Source: an uncultured virus (IMG/VR IMGVR_UViG_3300009432_000684)
Lineage: Duplodnaviria > Heunggongvirae > Uroviricota > Caudoviricetes
Virus record (IMG/VR): IMGVR_UViG_3300009432_000684
Length of the DNA stretch: 64,000 bases
Direction: 5' to 3' (one strand)
Shown: in pieces, positions 52,069 through 61,848 of the stretch
How the letters are laid out: the number at the start of each line of letters is the position of its first letter
Numbering within the stretch: the first letter of the stretch is position 1
Program-made: the position numbers and the translations under genes
Notes under the pieces: generated by a model
The model's input: the letters and a program-made list of their open reading frames with translations, nothing else
Told to the model about the DNA's origin: nothing
The model's database searches: none

Positions 52069-52764
52069 TCAAAAAGGACCTGTTTCTGACTGCTCGTTTG
52101 TTGTAACAGTATTGCCCTCTGTAGTAGAATTACCTGCGCCTCCGCTGATGCCTGCAGCAATGCCTACACGTATTTTTTTACCAGTTTCAAAATCGTAACG
52201 ATCATCAAATAATGTTATTGCTTCGTAAGCATATACACCTGCATCTGCCGGCAGATGCGAAAAGTCTTGGCTGACAACTTTTGGAGTAACCCAAATGTCT
52301 TCATCCATTTCATCAATATCGTTATTAGTTAATTTAGCAGCGTCAAGGTTAGCAGAATAAACAAAATCCGTAATAGGATTCTCTTTAGCTTTGATAATTA
52401 AATTTTCTTCTGTAAACGAAGTACCACTTATAATGGATAATGCTTTCTTTCGAGCGGTTACTGCGTTTTCAATATATTTTTGATTAATAGAAAATTGTTC
52501 AGGAGTTAAATTACTAATTGGTCTTACTGTTTTAGATAAGAGCAAATATGTAGAGTATTGTGTTACTGCTTCAGGAGGGATTACTTCGTCAGTAGTATTT
52601 GTAGCAAATACTTGATCTTTTGTTATTACGCCAGAAGCTGTAATAGTTTGGTAAGTATTTTTTTCTTGTTTAAATGCGTTTGGATTAGCTTCTGGATCTG
52701 CACCTATAGAAGGAGCATCAGCAACAGAATAGTCATTACCATCTGGATCATCAATTTCAGTCAT
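52069..52764 (-). CDS. Hypothetical acidic protein in the baseplate module
   Basis: 231-aa ORF co-oriented and abutting its neighbours; no recognised motif. Confidence 0.6.
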   Translation of the reverse strand: MTEIDDPDGNDYSVADAPSIGADPEANPNAFKQEKNTYQTITASGVITKDQVFATNTTDEVIPPEAVTQYSTYLLLSKTVRPISNLTPEQFSINQKYIENAVTARKKALSIISGTSFTEENLIIKAKENPITDFVYSANLDAAKLTNNDIDEMDEDIWVTPKVVSQDFSHLPADAGVYAYEAITLFDDRYDFETGKKIRVGIAAGISGGAGNSTTEGNTVTTNEQSETGPF

Positions 52765-52765
52765 A

Positions 52766-55700
52766 TTAAATAATCCTTCCTCTATTAATTACACTTGTGT
52801 TTTTCAAAAGTTTAGCTGCGTCGGTATCAATTTTACTAACTGCTGGTGAAAGATCGTTATAAGCTACTGAATAAACTGTTTTAAGTTCACCTGTTCTATC
52901 TTTAATTTTAGGAGGTTGTGCTGTTCCTAGTACGTCATTGTATGTATCATTAAGAGCGTTAACTGTAGCTCCAAGTTGACCCGATGGTGATTTAAGATCT
53001 GTAAATGCTGCACCAAACGACGGAACTGCTTTTATCAAAGAATTATTAACTAACGTTGATGTATCGCCAATTAAATCAGTACTTTGAATTCCTTCAAATC
53101 CATCGCCAATGTCATCAACAAAGTCTTTTGCTGAAAAACTATTGCCAGCAAATTTATTTGCCATTTGATTAGCTGTTGTTCCTGAACTAAATTTAGCTAT
53201 ATCTCCAGTTACATTATTCTTTAAAGATGTTATTGCTGCAGATGCTTGCGAACCAGTGTTTGATAGTTTAGCAACTATATTTTGATTTATTTTAGCTGCG
53301 TTAGCTATTGAACCAGTTAAATTATTTGTTAAAGAACCTGAAGAGTTTTTAACCTGTTCCATTAGTAGAGCAGCTTGATTAGTTGAACGTGTTTCTTCAT
53401 TAGGGTTTACACTATTAGATTTTTGACTTTCTAGTACTTTAGCATTAGTTGGTAGATCTTCTTTTAATATCGTTTTATCTACTACTTGTACTATTCCTAC
53501 GTTTCCAGGAGTAGACTTTGACGATTGTCCTGGCCTTCTCATTAAACTTATTGTTTGTGTAAACTGTCCTTGTCTAAACATGCTTGATACTTTCCAAACA
53601 CTGTACAATCCACTAAATTGAGGAATTACTAACGGCGTATCCATTAACGCTCCTGATTCTTGGTAATCAAAAGGAGTTCTAAAATTAACAACTACAAACA
53701 CTTCGCCCCTAGTATAGGTCATTGTGCCGTCATCTGTAGTATTTGGAGAAGCACCTGATTGCTTAGGAGCATAATTTCCTATTTCTTGTGGAAGAAAAAA
53801 TGGGTCTCCCCAAATGTCCATTTCAACAGCAATCATATCAGTTACTTGATTCATTATTGAATCATGAAATTGTTCAGCAATTTGACGTCTGATATCAAGA
53901 CTTCTACTAGCATGTGCATTACCCGATGCTATTACTTCAACAACAGTTGCCGAAGCTTCTGTATTTAATTTCATTTTATCTGTATTGCCTGCGGCTATCG
54001 CGCCTTGGGGCAACGCATCACTAATGACTGTAGAGTTTGCAGCCTTAGATTGAGCTGCGCCTGAGTTGTTACCGTAACCAGCTAGTGCAGTTTTCATAAA
54101 GGCAGTATTAAACATGATATCAAATCTAAGTACATCTTCGTTAGAACCTGTATATAGGTAATCGTATTGTTTAGCTGCTGCAGCTTTTAATCCTGGAGTA
54201 TTCTTAGGAACTTGTCCGTTACCTAATGTTTTTGCTTCATCTGTTTCGTAAGGAATAACAGCATAAACAAAAACAGCAGGAGGTCGTCCAATTTTTTGTT
54301 CTGTTTCTTTGTTTTCATCTAGATAACAATGTGTGTCAATTCTAAACCATTTCTTTATACCCTTATCATCACTCTCTTTGGTTGCATTGTCTTTACAATA
54401 CTCACTGTTTAATAAAGTTTTTTCGATAGATTTTGTTATTTGGGCACCTTGTTCAAATTGATTAATTCTGCCTTTAGTTCCAGTTTGTGTTGAAACAGCA
54501 TCTTTTCTAATTAACTGAGATTTTGCAGGATCAGAAAGTCCGTCGGCGCCAGTATATGATCCATTCAAGCTGGACATTTTTTGGTCGCCACCTTCTGCGT
54601 CATCTTGAACTAACGTTGATTTTCCAATCTCATTCATTTGTGCAACATCAGAGGCAAATGCTAGTAAGGTTTCAAACATATCTGTAACTGGTTTTAATCC
54701 AGTTGCACTAGTAACATTTTCTTGTCCAAACATTAAATCTTCAGTAACATCTGCACCTGCATTAAATTGAGTTGTTTCTTCTTCCGTCATACCCTTTTCG
54801 GTCATTACTTGTTGTAGCTTTGTTGTTGTTTCAGGTTTACGTAATCCAGTTGATAGATACTTAAGAATACTATCTGGATCTTTTGGAAAGCAAATAATAT
54901 AACGATCGTAGCCCGGAATAATATTAGAATCTTCCAAAGCTTCAATTCTTTTGTTCATGCTTGCTGTTAAAGATTCATTACCTGTTTGCAAAATTTCATG
55001 AACTAAGTTTCCAGGCGCATTAATGTTTGTCATAATCTTATTAACATTATCTGATAGACCTAAATCAGTGTATGGTATTGCTTGAACATCATACTCGCAA
55101 CCTTTGCCTGTTACCCGCATGTCCATTTGATTTATTTTTAAAGGAAGGTATATAGGTTTGAGAGTTGAAGGAGTTCCTGATTCGTCCCATCCAGTAAAAT
55201 CAATTCTTATGCAAAAAGGACATGAGTAATAATTTTTGTATCCTGATTCTATTGCTGCGCCAACAATTGCTTGGGGGAAGTTTCCCATCGAAAACGGTTC
55301 AATAACTTTAAAAGTAATTTTCATACCTGCGGAAACACCCGTGGCAGGGTTCGGAGCAATTAGAGCATCATGCTGAAAGTCTTCTATGAAATATTCACCG
55401 TGACCTCCACGTTCTTTTTCGTCAAGAACTTGGTATCTTTTTTCAAGAGAGCCGCCACTGCTTTTTATAACATATTTTGCAAAGCCACCGGCTTCTCTAT
55501 ATAAATTAGGATTATTAAATTCTTTTGCACTTAATACTCCCATAGTAAATTTATAATTATATGAACTAAAATCACGTAAAGGATTTGGAATTCTGCTTTT
55601 AGCGTTACCGCTATTAATTTCTGGCATTCCTTGCATGCGAGGGTCTACATAGTTGTCATCAACAAACTCACTGAACGCACTTAGTATACTATTATTTTCA

Positions 55701-56137
55701 GCAGCTTCTCTTAGCTTAGAAAATTTACCAACAGCGCCATCCATAATTTCGGCAGCACCTCTTTCTATTATTCTTATTTTACTATCAACTAAGCCTGCTA
55801 GCTCTGGGGCGTTATCTGTAATTCTTTTTAAACCTGCTTGAATCCCTTCAAAACCGTCTCCAATATCGTCGCCTAAGTAATCACTAGCATCAAACTTTAT
55901 ATTAGATAAGGCTGCTGTAGCTTTTTTCCCGCCAAATCCTGTTATAGAATTAATTTGGCTTGCAACATTACTATTTCCAGTAGCTGTTTTTATTGCTGCA
56001 TTAGCAATAGTTCCAGGAAGCCCAGATGTAAGACTAGAAGTAACACTACTAGCTGTAGCCCGGGCATTGTCTACCGAATTTACTGCATTTGATACTTTTG
56101 AGTCAAAGCTTTTTAGCTTAGAGATAAAGCTTGCCAT
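52766..56137 (-). CDS. Baseplate hub-like tail protein with low-complexity termini
   Basis: Lies between gp53-like and gp5-like genes; core NPLRDFSSYNY...FKVIEPFS...IWGDPFFL...FSGLY.VWKV.S.F..GQFTQ ends like gp27/GpD-type hubs. Confidence 0.6.
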   Translation of the reverse strand: MASFISKLKSFDSKVSNAVNSVDNARATASSVTSSLTSGLPGTIANAAIKTATGNSNVASQINSITGFGGKKATAALSNIKFDASDYLGDDIGDGFEGIQAGLKRITDNAPELAGLVDSKIRIIERGAAEIMDGAVGKFSKLREAAENNSILSAFSEFVDDNYVDPRMQGMPEINSGNAKSRIPNPLRDFSSYNYKFTMGVLSAKEFNNPNLYREAGGFAKYVIKSSGGSLEKRYQVLDEKERGGHGEYFIEDFQHDALIAPNPATGVSAGMKITFKVIEPFSMGNFPQAIVGAAIESGYKNYYSCPFCIRIDFTGWDESGTPSTLKPIYLPLKINQMDMRVTGKGCEYDVQAIPYTDLGLSDNVNKIMTNINAPGNLVHEILQTGNESLTASMNKRIEALEDSNIIPGYDRYIICFPKDPDSILKYLSTGLRKPETTTKLQQVMTEKGMTEEETTQFNAGADVTEDLMFGQENVTSATGLKPVTDMFETLLAFASDVAQMNEIGKSTLVQDDAEGGDQKMSSLNGSYTGADGLSDPAKSQLIRKDAVSTQTGTKGRINQFEQGAQITKSIEKTLLNSEYCKDNATKESDDKGIKKWFRIDTHCYLDENKETEQKIGRPPAVFVYAVIPYETDEAKTLGNGQVPKNTPGLKAAAAKQYDYLYTGSNEDVLRFDIMFNTAFMKTALAGYGNNSGAAQSKAANSTVISDALPQGAIAAGNTDKMKLNTEASATVVEVIASGNAHASRSLDIRRQIAEQFHDSIMNQVTDMIAVEMDIWGDPFFLPQEIGNYAPKQSGASPNTTDDGTMTYTRGEVFVVVNFRTPFDYQESGALMDTPLVIPQFSGLYSVWKVSSMFRQGQFTQTISLMRRPGQSSKSTPGNVGIVQVVDKTILKEDLPTNAKVLESQKSNSVNPNEETRSTNQAALLMEQVKNSSGSLTNNLTGSIANAAKINQNIVAKLSNTGSQASAAITSLKNNVTGDIAKFSSGTTANQMANKFAGNSFSAKDFVDDIGDGFEGIQSTDLIGDTSTLVNNSLIKAVPSFGAAFTDLKSPSGQLGATVNALNDTYNDVLGTAQPPKIKDRTGELKTVYSVAYNDLSPAVSKIDTDAAKLLKNTSVINRGRII

Positions 56138-56437
56138 TTAGAATCCTAATACTTGTTTTAGATTTGAGCCTTGTGGGCAATATATTTGTGTGCCAGCAAC
56201 AAAATCAAAAATAGGGTCCTTTAACACGTCTAAATTTCTTTGTGCAAAGATCCACCATAGTTCTTTTTTGCCGTAAAGATCAAATGCTAGTAAATCAGGC
56301 CTATATGTATAAGCTGGAAGTATTTCGTATAACACATCATTTGTTGCAACAGGAATTGCAATAGGCGTTAGTATGTCTAAGTATCCTGAATTAGTTATTT
56401 CAGTATTTCCGTACGGACTAAGTTTTGAATTTGCCAT
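56138..56437 (-). CDS. Baseplate protein, LysM-like (T4 gp53/GpX-like)
   Basis: YRPDLLAFDLYG..ELWWIFAQRN..DP....G. Confidence 0.85.
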   Translation of the reverse strand: MANSKLSPYGNTEITNSGYLDILTPIAIPVATNDVLYEILPAYTYRPDLLAFDLYGKKELWWIFAQRNLDVLKDPIFDFVAGTQIYCPQGSNLKQVLGF

Positions 56438-57384
56438 TATACAAATCCCTCCTTGCCATTAACAAATCCACCTTTAGCAAACGTATTAAGATTAAACTTA
56501 GCAGTTGTTCTTCTTGAGTATTGTGGAGTTACTGTTATTGTAAACTGAGATTGTACTGGAACCATATTCTTTTCGCCTGAAGGCAGTGTTACTTCAATAT
56601 AATCAACATCGGCTGGTAAGTCAGTTGTAAAGTTAGAAATTACAATTGGAATATTATTTAATACATGCGGACCGTATCCGTTTAGTCGACATACCGGAGG
56701 CGGATTACCTTGCGGAGCACTATCACCATAAAACATCTTAGTAACTGTTCTTAAAAAGTGTAATACTGCAATCCAGTATAATCCATCTTTTTGGTTTTCA
56801 TTGTAAAACTCGCCTGTAATTGTTATATTGTCAACTGAGCTGTTTTCATAAGCATTGTAAGCATAGTTTGTATGAGTTGGAACTATTTGAGAATAACTTG
56901 CACTATGCCCTAGTAGTATTGTAGGATTAAAAGGAAATACCATTTTACCACCTGAAGTAGCGCCGGTAGTAGCTCCTAATGAATCTTCCGATTTTAAGGG
57001 TTGTAATATTGGTCCTTCTGCAATCTCATTAGGAACACTAATAGAAACTCTCCAATCCATATTATCAAAGTTTGTATCTATGTTTTGAGAAAGTATAGCC
57101 ACCGCAGCTTTTTTATCTGGGGGTGCAGCCATATACGCAAGCCCTTGCTGTGCGTTTCCTTGCATTCTAATAGAACTGCCAAAGCCTCCTGTAGTGCTTC
57201 CACCAAAGGTATTCCTTACTGCGGCTTGTGCTCCACTGCCAATTGACCCACTTCTGTTAAAATTTCGGTCTGCAGAGAGGTTTCTATTAAAAGAACGAAT
57301 AGATTGGGCGGTATTACTACTGCCTACAGCGGACGCTAGCCTGCTTGTTAATTGGTTAAAACCGTTAGTTGCCATTATTTTCAA
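56437..57384 (-). CDS. Tail tube initiator/baseplate junction protein (gp48/gp54-like)
   Basis: MVFPFNP...Y.....THTNY...ITITGEF...GNPPPVCRLNGYG..VLNNIPIVISNF, a tube-fold pattern. Start may be ATG 57375. Confidence 0.65.
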   Translation of the reverse strand: MKIMATNGFNQLTSRLASAVGSSNTAQSIRSFNRNLSADRNFNRSGSIGSGAQAAVRNTFGGSTTGGFGSSIRMQGNAQQGLAYMAAPPDKKAAVAILSQNIDTNFDNMDWRVSISVPNEIAEGPILQPLKSEDSLGATTGATSGGKMVFPFNPTILLGHSASYSQIVPTHTNYAYNAYENSSVDNITITGEFYNENQKDGLYWIAVLHFLRTVTKMFYGDSAPQGNPPPVCRLNGYGPHVLNNIPIVISNFTTDLPADVDYIEVTLPSGEKNMVPVQSQFTITVTPQYSRRTTAKFNLNTFAKGGFVNGKEGFV

Positions 57385-57395
57385 ATCTCCACTAG

Positions 57396-57403
57396 TATTT
57401 AGT
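57396..57403 (-). promoter_or_regulatory. Late promoter-like box (ACTAAATA) at the head of the tail operon
   Basis: TAAATA core upstream of a GGAGA SD. Confidence 0.55.
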
Positions 57404-57431
57404 TGACAAAGTTAACATAGTAGTTTATAAT
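57403..57431 (+). promoter_or_regulatory. Consensus sigma70 promoter for the late sigma factor gene
   Basis: TTGACA (57403-57408), 17-nt spacer, TATAAT (57426-57431). Confidence 0.9.
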
Positions 57432-57460
57432 AGTATATATACTATAAGCCTGGAGAAGAC

Positions 57461-58312
57461 ATGAGAAAAAAGAACTATTTAAATAACAAAGATATATTGA
57501 AGCAAATACACAAATCTAAAAATACGTTTAACAGCTACACAGCGCCTGAACACGGCAACTATGATATAATCCTATTAGACGTAGATAAGATTAATATGAG
57601 AACACTTGCCGAAGCAAAGCGTAACAAAGCTAAAAGACTTAGCGGTGAAGAATACGAACGAAGGAAAATGGCTGGAGAAAAGGTAAAACAAGCTGAATGT
57701 GAAACTCCTTATAAGAGTATTACTAAAGAAGAGATTATCTTTAGAGTTATGACATTCGATCATATTCCGGAAGAGCCTGGCAGGAAGAAAAATCCAAAAA
57801 CTGTTGCCGATACTAAAGAAAAATTAAACTTTCCTCCTTTTGTGCATTACAAGTACAATGACGAAGGAGAGCTAATAGTAGTTGGTAAGAGTCATTGGCA
57901 AGGTGGTATGGAAAACGGACACTATTCTAGGTCACATGGTAAAGCTAATGATGAGTTAGCTATGATGTGGATTAAATTATGTGAAAGATACGCAACGAGA
58001 GGCAATGTACGTGGTTACACTTACAATGACGAAATGCGTGGACAAGCTATTTTACAGTTAACACAAATTGGTTTGCAGTTTGATGAGTCTAAAAGTCAAA
58101 ATCCGTTTGCATATTATACAGCCGCAGTTACTAATAGCTTTGTACGAGTTATCAATATTGAAAAACGCAACCAAAACATAAGAGATGACATCTTAGAGAT
58201 GAATGATCTTAATCCGAGTTATACTAGACAGCACCAAGGTGAGTGGGAAGCTAGTGTAAAACGCAACGAAGAAGCCGGTACTAGCGTTTATACTGATAAA
58301 ACTTCAAAATAG
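57461..58312 (+). CDS. gp55: Late-transcription sigma factor (T4 gp55-like)
   Basis: NYLNNKD...RGYTYNDEM...FDESKSQNPFAYYT...SF; T4-like 55-47-46 gene order. Confidence 0.85.
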   Translation: MRKKNYLNNKDILKQIHKSKNTFNSYTAPEHGNYDIILLDVDKINMRTLAEAKRNKAKRLSGEEYERRKMAGEKVKQAECETPYKSITKEEIIFRVMTFDHIPEEPGRKKNPKTVADTKEKLNFPPFVHYKYNDEGELIVVGKSHWQGGMENGHYSRSHGKANDELAMMWIKLCERYATRGNVRGYTYNDEMRGQAILQLTQIGLQFDESKSQNPFAYYTAAVTNSFVRVINIEKRNQNIRDDILEMNDLNPSYTRQHQGEWEASVKRNEEAGTSVYTDKTSK

Positions 58313-58315
58313 AGG

Positions 58316-58344
58316 TTGACAGGCGTACAAAAATACTATATAAT
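58316..58344 (+). promoter_or_regulatory. Consensus sigma70 promoter for gp47/gp46
   Basis: TTGACA (58316-58321), 17-nt spacer, TATAAT (58339-58344). Confidence 0.9.
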
Positions 58345-58382
58345 GTTACTATAGGATTACTATAGAATAGGAGATAGTAAAT

Positions 58383-59396
58383 TTGTTTAAGAAAGCAGCA
58401 GTCTTTACAGATATTCACTTTGGATTAAAAGGGAATAGCCGTATACATAACGATGATTGTGAAGACTTTATTGATTGGTATATAGAAACTGCAAAAGCCG
58501 CTGGTTGTGAGACTGGTATCTTTTGCGGTGACTGGCACCATAATAGAAATTCACTTAATCTTACCACTATGGATGCAACTATCCGTTCAATGGAAAAACT
58601 AGGTCAAGCATTTGATCAGTTTTTCTTCTTTGATGGTAATCATGACTTATATTACAAAGACAAGCGTGATGTTAACAGTACAGCGTTTGCAAAACATATT
58701 CCCGGTATTACTTTTGTAGATCAAATTACTACAATCGAGGATGTAACTATTGTTCCTTGGTTAGTTGGTGATGAATGGAAACAAATTAGTGATATTAAAT
58801 CGAAATACCTATTTGGACACTTTGAACTTCCTAGCTTCTATATGAATGCGTTAGTTAAGATGCCCGACCATGGTGATTTAAAGCCTGAACACTTTAAACA
58901 CCAAGAATACGTGTTTAGTGGACACTTTCACAAACGGCAGCATCAAGGAAAAATTAATTATATTGGAAATGCCTTTCCGCACAACTATGCAGATGTGTGG
59001 GATGATGATAGAGGCATGATGATATTAGATCGTGAGAACAATAAAGAGCCGGAGTTTATTAATTGGCCTGATTGTCCTAAATATCGCACAATTGGATTGA
59101 GAGCATTACTAGAAGATACTGAAAACTTAATTAAACCTAAGATGTATTTGCGTGTTACTATTGATGTGCCAATATCTTACGAAGAAGCTAGTTTTATTAA
59201 AGAAACATTTGTTAAAGACTATCAATGCAGAGAACTTACACTAATTCCACAGAAGCAAATTGATGAAATGACTACAGACTTAGATATTTCAGCGTTTGTT
59301 AGTGTAGATCAAATCGTAGCTGGTGAAATTGCAGAACTTGATACTGACAGTTTTGATAAAGTAACCCTTATGGACATTTATAACGGACTCGAATGA
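58383..59396 (+). CDS. gp47: Recombination nuclease subunit (gp47/Mre11/SbcD-like)
   Basis: Metallophosphoesterase motifs DIH, GDWHH, GNHD, GH and SGHFH. Confidence 0.93.
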   Translation: MFKKAAVFTDIHFGLKGNSRIHNDDCEDFIDWYIETAKAAGCETGIFCGDWHHNRNSLNLTTMDATIRSMEKLGQAFDQFFFFDGNHDLYYKDKRDVNSTAFAKHIPGITFVDQITTIEDVTIVPWLVGDEWKQISDIKSKYLFGHFELPSFYMNALVKMPDHGDLKPEHFKHQEYVFSGHFHKRQHQGKINYIGNAFPHNYADVWDDDRGMMILDRENNKEPEFINWPDCPKYRTIGLRALLEDTENLIKPKMYLRVTIDVPISYEEASFIKETFVKDYQCRELTLIPQKQIDEMTTDLDISAFVSVDQIVAGEIAELDTDSFDKVTLMDIYNGLE

Positions 59397-61165
59397 TAAA
59401 AATTAAAGACCTAACGGTAAAAAACTTCATGAGTGTGGGCAATCAAACCCAGGCTGTAGATTTTGATCAAGCACAGCTAACACTTGTACTAGGTGAAAAC
59501 TTGGACCAAGGTGGTGACGACAGTGGAAGTAGGAATGGTACTGGTAAGACAACTATCATTAATGCATTAAGCTATGCATTGTATGGTATGGCGTTGACTA
59601 ACATCAAACGTAACAACCTTATTAACAAAACTAACGGCAAAGGCATGGTAGTTACCCTGCAATTCGAAAAAGACGCTACAGCCTACCGTGTTGAGCGTGG
59701 CAGAGGCCCTAATTTCCTTAAATTCTATATCAATGACAGAGAACAAGAGTTAATTGACGAGTCACAAGGTGATTCACGTAAGACACAGGAAACAATTAAC
59801 GAATTACTTGGTATGAGTCACGATATGTTCAAACATATTGTAGCACTAAACACATATACCGAACCTTTCCTAAGCATGCGGTCAAATGATCAACGTGCAA
59901 TCATTGAACAACTGCTTGGTATTACTATACTCACTGAAAAGTCTAACTCTCTTAAGGATAGGATTAAAGAAACTAAAGATGCTATTACTGTAGAGACACT
60001 AAAGATTCAAGCTGTTGAAACATCTAATGAAAAAATTAAAGCAAGTATTGAGCAACTAGCTCAACGGCAACGTGCTTGGAAATCAAAGCACCGTAAAGAC
60101 AGTCAAGATCTTAGTAGTGCAATAGATGAACTAGAACATTTAGATATTGACACTGAACTAGAATCACATGAAAAGTTAGCTAGTTGGACACAGCATAACA
60201 ATACTATTTTGGCTCTTAGAAAAGAACTTAGTACATTAGAGCCTGCATTATTACGTGCTGACAAGTCTGTAGAAAAGTTAACTAAAGATATCGCAGATCT
60301 TGAAGATGCTACTTGTTATACATGCGGTCAAGAGCTACATGCAGACAAAAAAGCAGAGATTGAAGGACGTAAAACTAAAGAACTTGCTGATGCTATTGCA
60401 TATCAAAAAGAAATAGGTGATAAACTAGTTGGAGTTAGTAAAGGTCTTGAAGATATTGGTGATATTAACGGAAAGCCTAGTACATACTACGAAACTGCAA
60501 AAGAAGCATACGATCACAGAAGCAATGTAGAAAACTTAAAGGCATCTTTAACTAGAATTGCAGAAGAAGATGATCCTTACCAAACACAAATTAATGATTT
60601 AAACGACACAGCTATGCAAGAAATTAACTGGGGTGCAGTTAATGATCTAGTTAGTTACAAGGACCATCAAGAATTTCTAATGAAGCTACTTACTAACAAA
60701 GATAGCTTCATTCGTAAGAAGATTATTGATCAGAACCTAGCATACTTAAACAACAGACTTACATATTATCTCGATAAGATTGGTTTGCCGCATCAAGTAC
60801 TATTTTTAAACGATTTAAACGTTGAAATTACACAACTAGGACAAGACTTAGACTTTGATAACTTGTCAAGAGGCGAACGTAATAGGCTTATCTTAGGCTT
60901 GAGCTTTGCATTCCGTGATGTTTGGGAAAGTTTATATCAAAATATTAATTTGTTGTTTATTGACGAGTTAATTGATAGCGGAATGGATACTGCTGGCGTT
61001 GAAAACTCTCTAAGCATACTTAAAAAGATGGGCAGAGAGCGAGACAAGAACATATATCTTATTTCGCACAAGGATGAGTTAATTGGTAGAGTTAATCATG
61101 TTCTTAGAGTTGTAAAAGAAAATGGTTACACAAGCTATGCTAATGACTTAGATGTGGTAGAATGA
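59393..61165 (+). CDS. gp46: Recombination ATPase (gp46/Rad50/SbcC-like)
   Basis: KNFMSVG, Walker A NGTGKTT, coiled coil with CYTC zinc hook, LSRGE signature, FIDE Walker B and SH. Confidence 0.95.
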   Translation: MIKIKDLTVKNFMSVGNQTQAVDFDQAQLTLVLGENLDQGGDDSGSRNGTGKTTIINALSYALYGMALTNIKRNNLINKTNGKGMVVTLQFEKDATAYRVERGRGPNFLKFYINDREQELIDESQGDSRKTQETINELLGMSHDMFKHIVALNTYTEPFLSMRSNDQRAIIEQLLGITILTEKSNSLKDRIKETKDAITVETLKIQAVETSNEKIKASIEQLAQRQRAWKSKHRKDSQDLSSAIDELEHLDIDTELESHEKLASWTQHNNTILALRKELSTLEPALLRADKSVEKLTKDIADLEDATCYTCGQELHADKKAEIEGRKTKELADAIAYQKEIGDKLVGVSKGLEDIGDINGKPSTYYETAKEAYDHRSNVENLKASLTRIAEEDDPYQTQINDLNDTAMQEINWGAVNDLVSYKDHQEFLMKLLTNKDSFIRKKIIDQNLAYLNNRLTYYLDKIGLPHQVLFLNDLNVEITQLGQDLDFDNLSRGERNRLILGLSFAFRDVWESLYQNINLLFIDELIDSGMDTAGVENSLSILKKMGRERDKNIYLISHKDELIGRVNHVLRVVKENGYTSYANDLDVVE

Positions 61166-61374
61166 AACAGGTAGATGATGTACATGACCAGTTAGTAAAG
61201 GCATACTTGGCGTATTTTTCTGAAAACGAGAAGTTTGAAGATCGAAACTCAGTACGTACACATCGGTCTGTTAGAAAAGCATTAAGAGATATTAGGACAT
61301 TTGCAAAATTAAGAGCAGATGAAATTCACGAAAAGCACATAACAACAAGAGTAACTCACAAAGGCGACAAATAA
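61162..61374 (+). CDS. Small basic helical protein, possibly DNA/RNA-binding
   Basis: 70 aa, ATGA-coupled to gp46; basic segment RTHRSVRKALRDIRTFAKLR. Confidence 0.6.
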   Translation: MKQVDDVHDQLVKAYLAYFSENEKFEDRNSVRTHRSVRKALRDIRTFAKLRADEIHEKHITTRVTHKGDK

Positions 61375-61398
61375 ACTTAGGCAACGGTAAGTATACTC

Positions 61399-61848
61399 AT
61401 GCAGTGGACTTACGAAGGCAACAAGATTGACCAAATACCGGACGACTACGAAGGATTTGTTTATCTTATTACCAACACCACTACAGGTCAGAAATACATA
61501 GGCAAGAAACTAGCAAAGTTTAAAACTACTAAGCCACCACTTAAAGGCAAGAAAAATAAACGTCGTGGAACTAAAGAAAGTGACTGGAGAGAATATTATG
61601 GCTCCAGTGATAGACTGAACGCAGACGTTGAAACACTAGGCGAAGATAAGTTTACAAGAGAAATACTATACCTATGTAAAGGTAGGGGCGAAATGTCCTA
61701 CATAGAGGCAAGAGAACAGTTTGATAGGCGTGTACTTGAAACAGATGATTACTATAACGGTATCATAAATGTTAGAGTCGGTGGATCAGACAAACTCAAA
61801 CAGGCACTGCTAGAACATCACATACAGGCAAAACATTCCAACACATAA
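61399..61848 (+). CDS. Stand-alone GIY-YIG endonuclease
   Basis: GFVYLITNTTTGQKYIGKK (GIY-YIG), YYGSS, FTREIL, conserved Glu in YIEAREQ, YYN; TAAGTA box 5 nt upstream of the ATG. Confidence 0.85.
   Translation: MQWTYEGNKIDQIPDDYEGFVYLITNTTTGQKYIGKKLAKFKTTKPPLKGKKNKRRGTKESDWREYYGSSDRLNADVETLGEDKFTREILYLCKGRGEMSYIEAREQFDRRVLETDDYYNGIINVRVGGSDKLKQALLEHHIQAKHSNT

Noticed and set aside
579..57406. Numerous short plus-strand ORFs in the track (60-137 aa)
   Set aside because: They lie antisense to long motif-bearing minus-strand genes and have no recognisable motifs; they are shadow ORFs.
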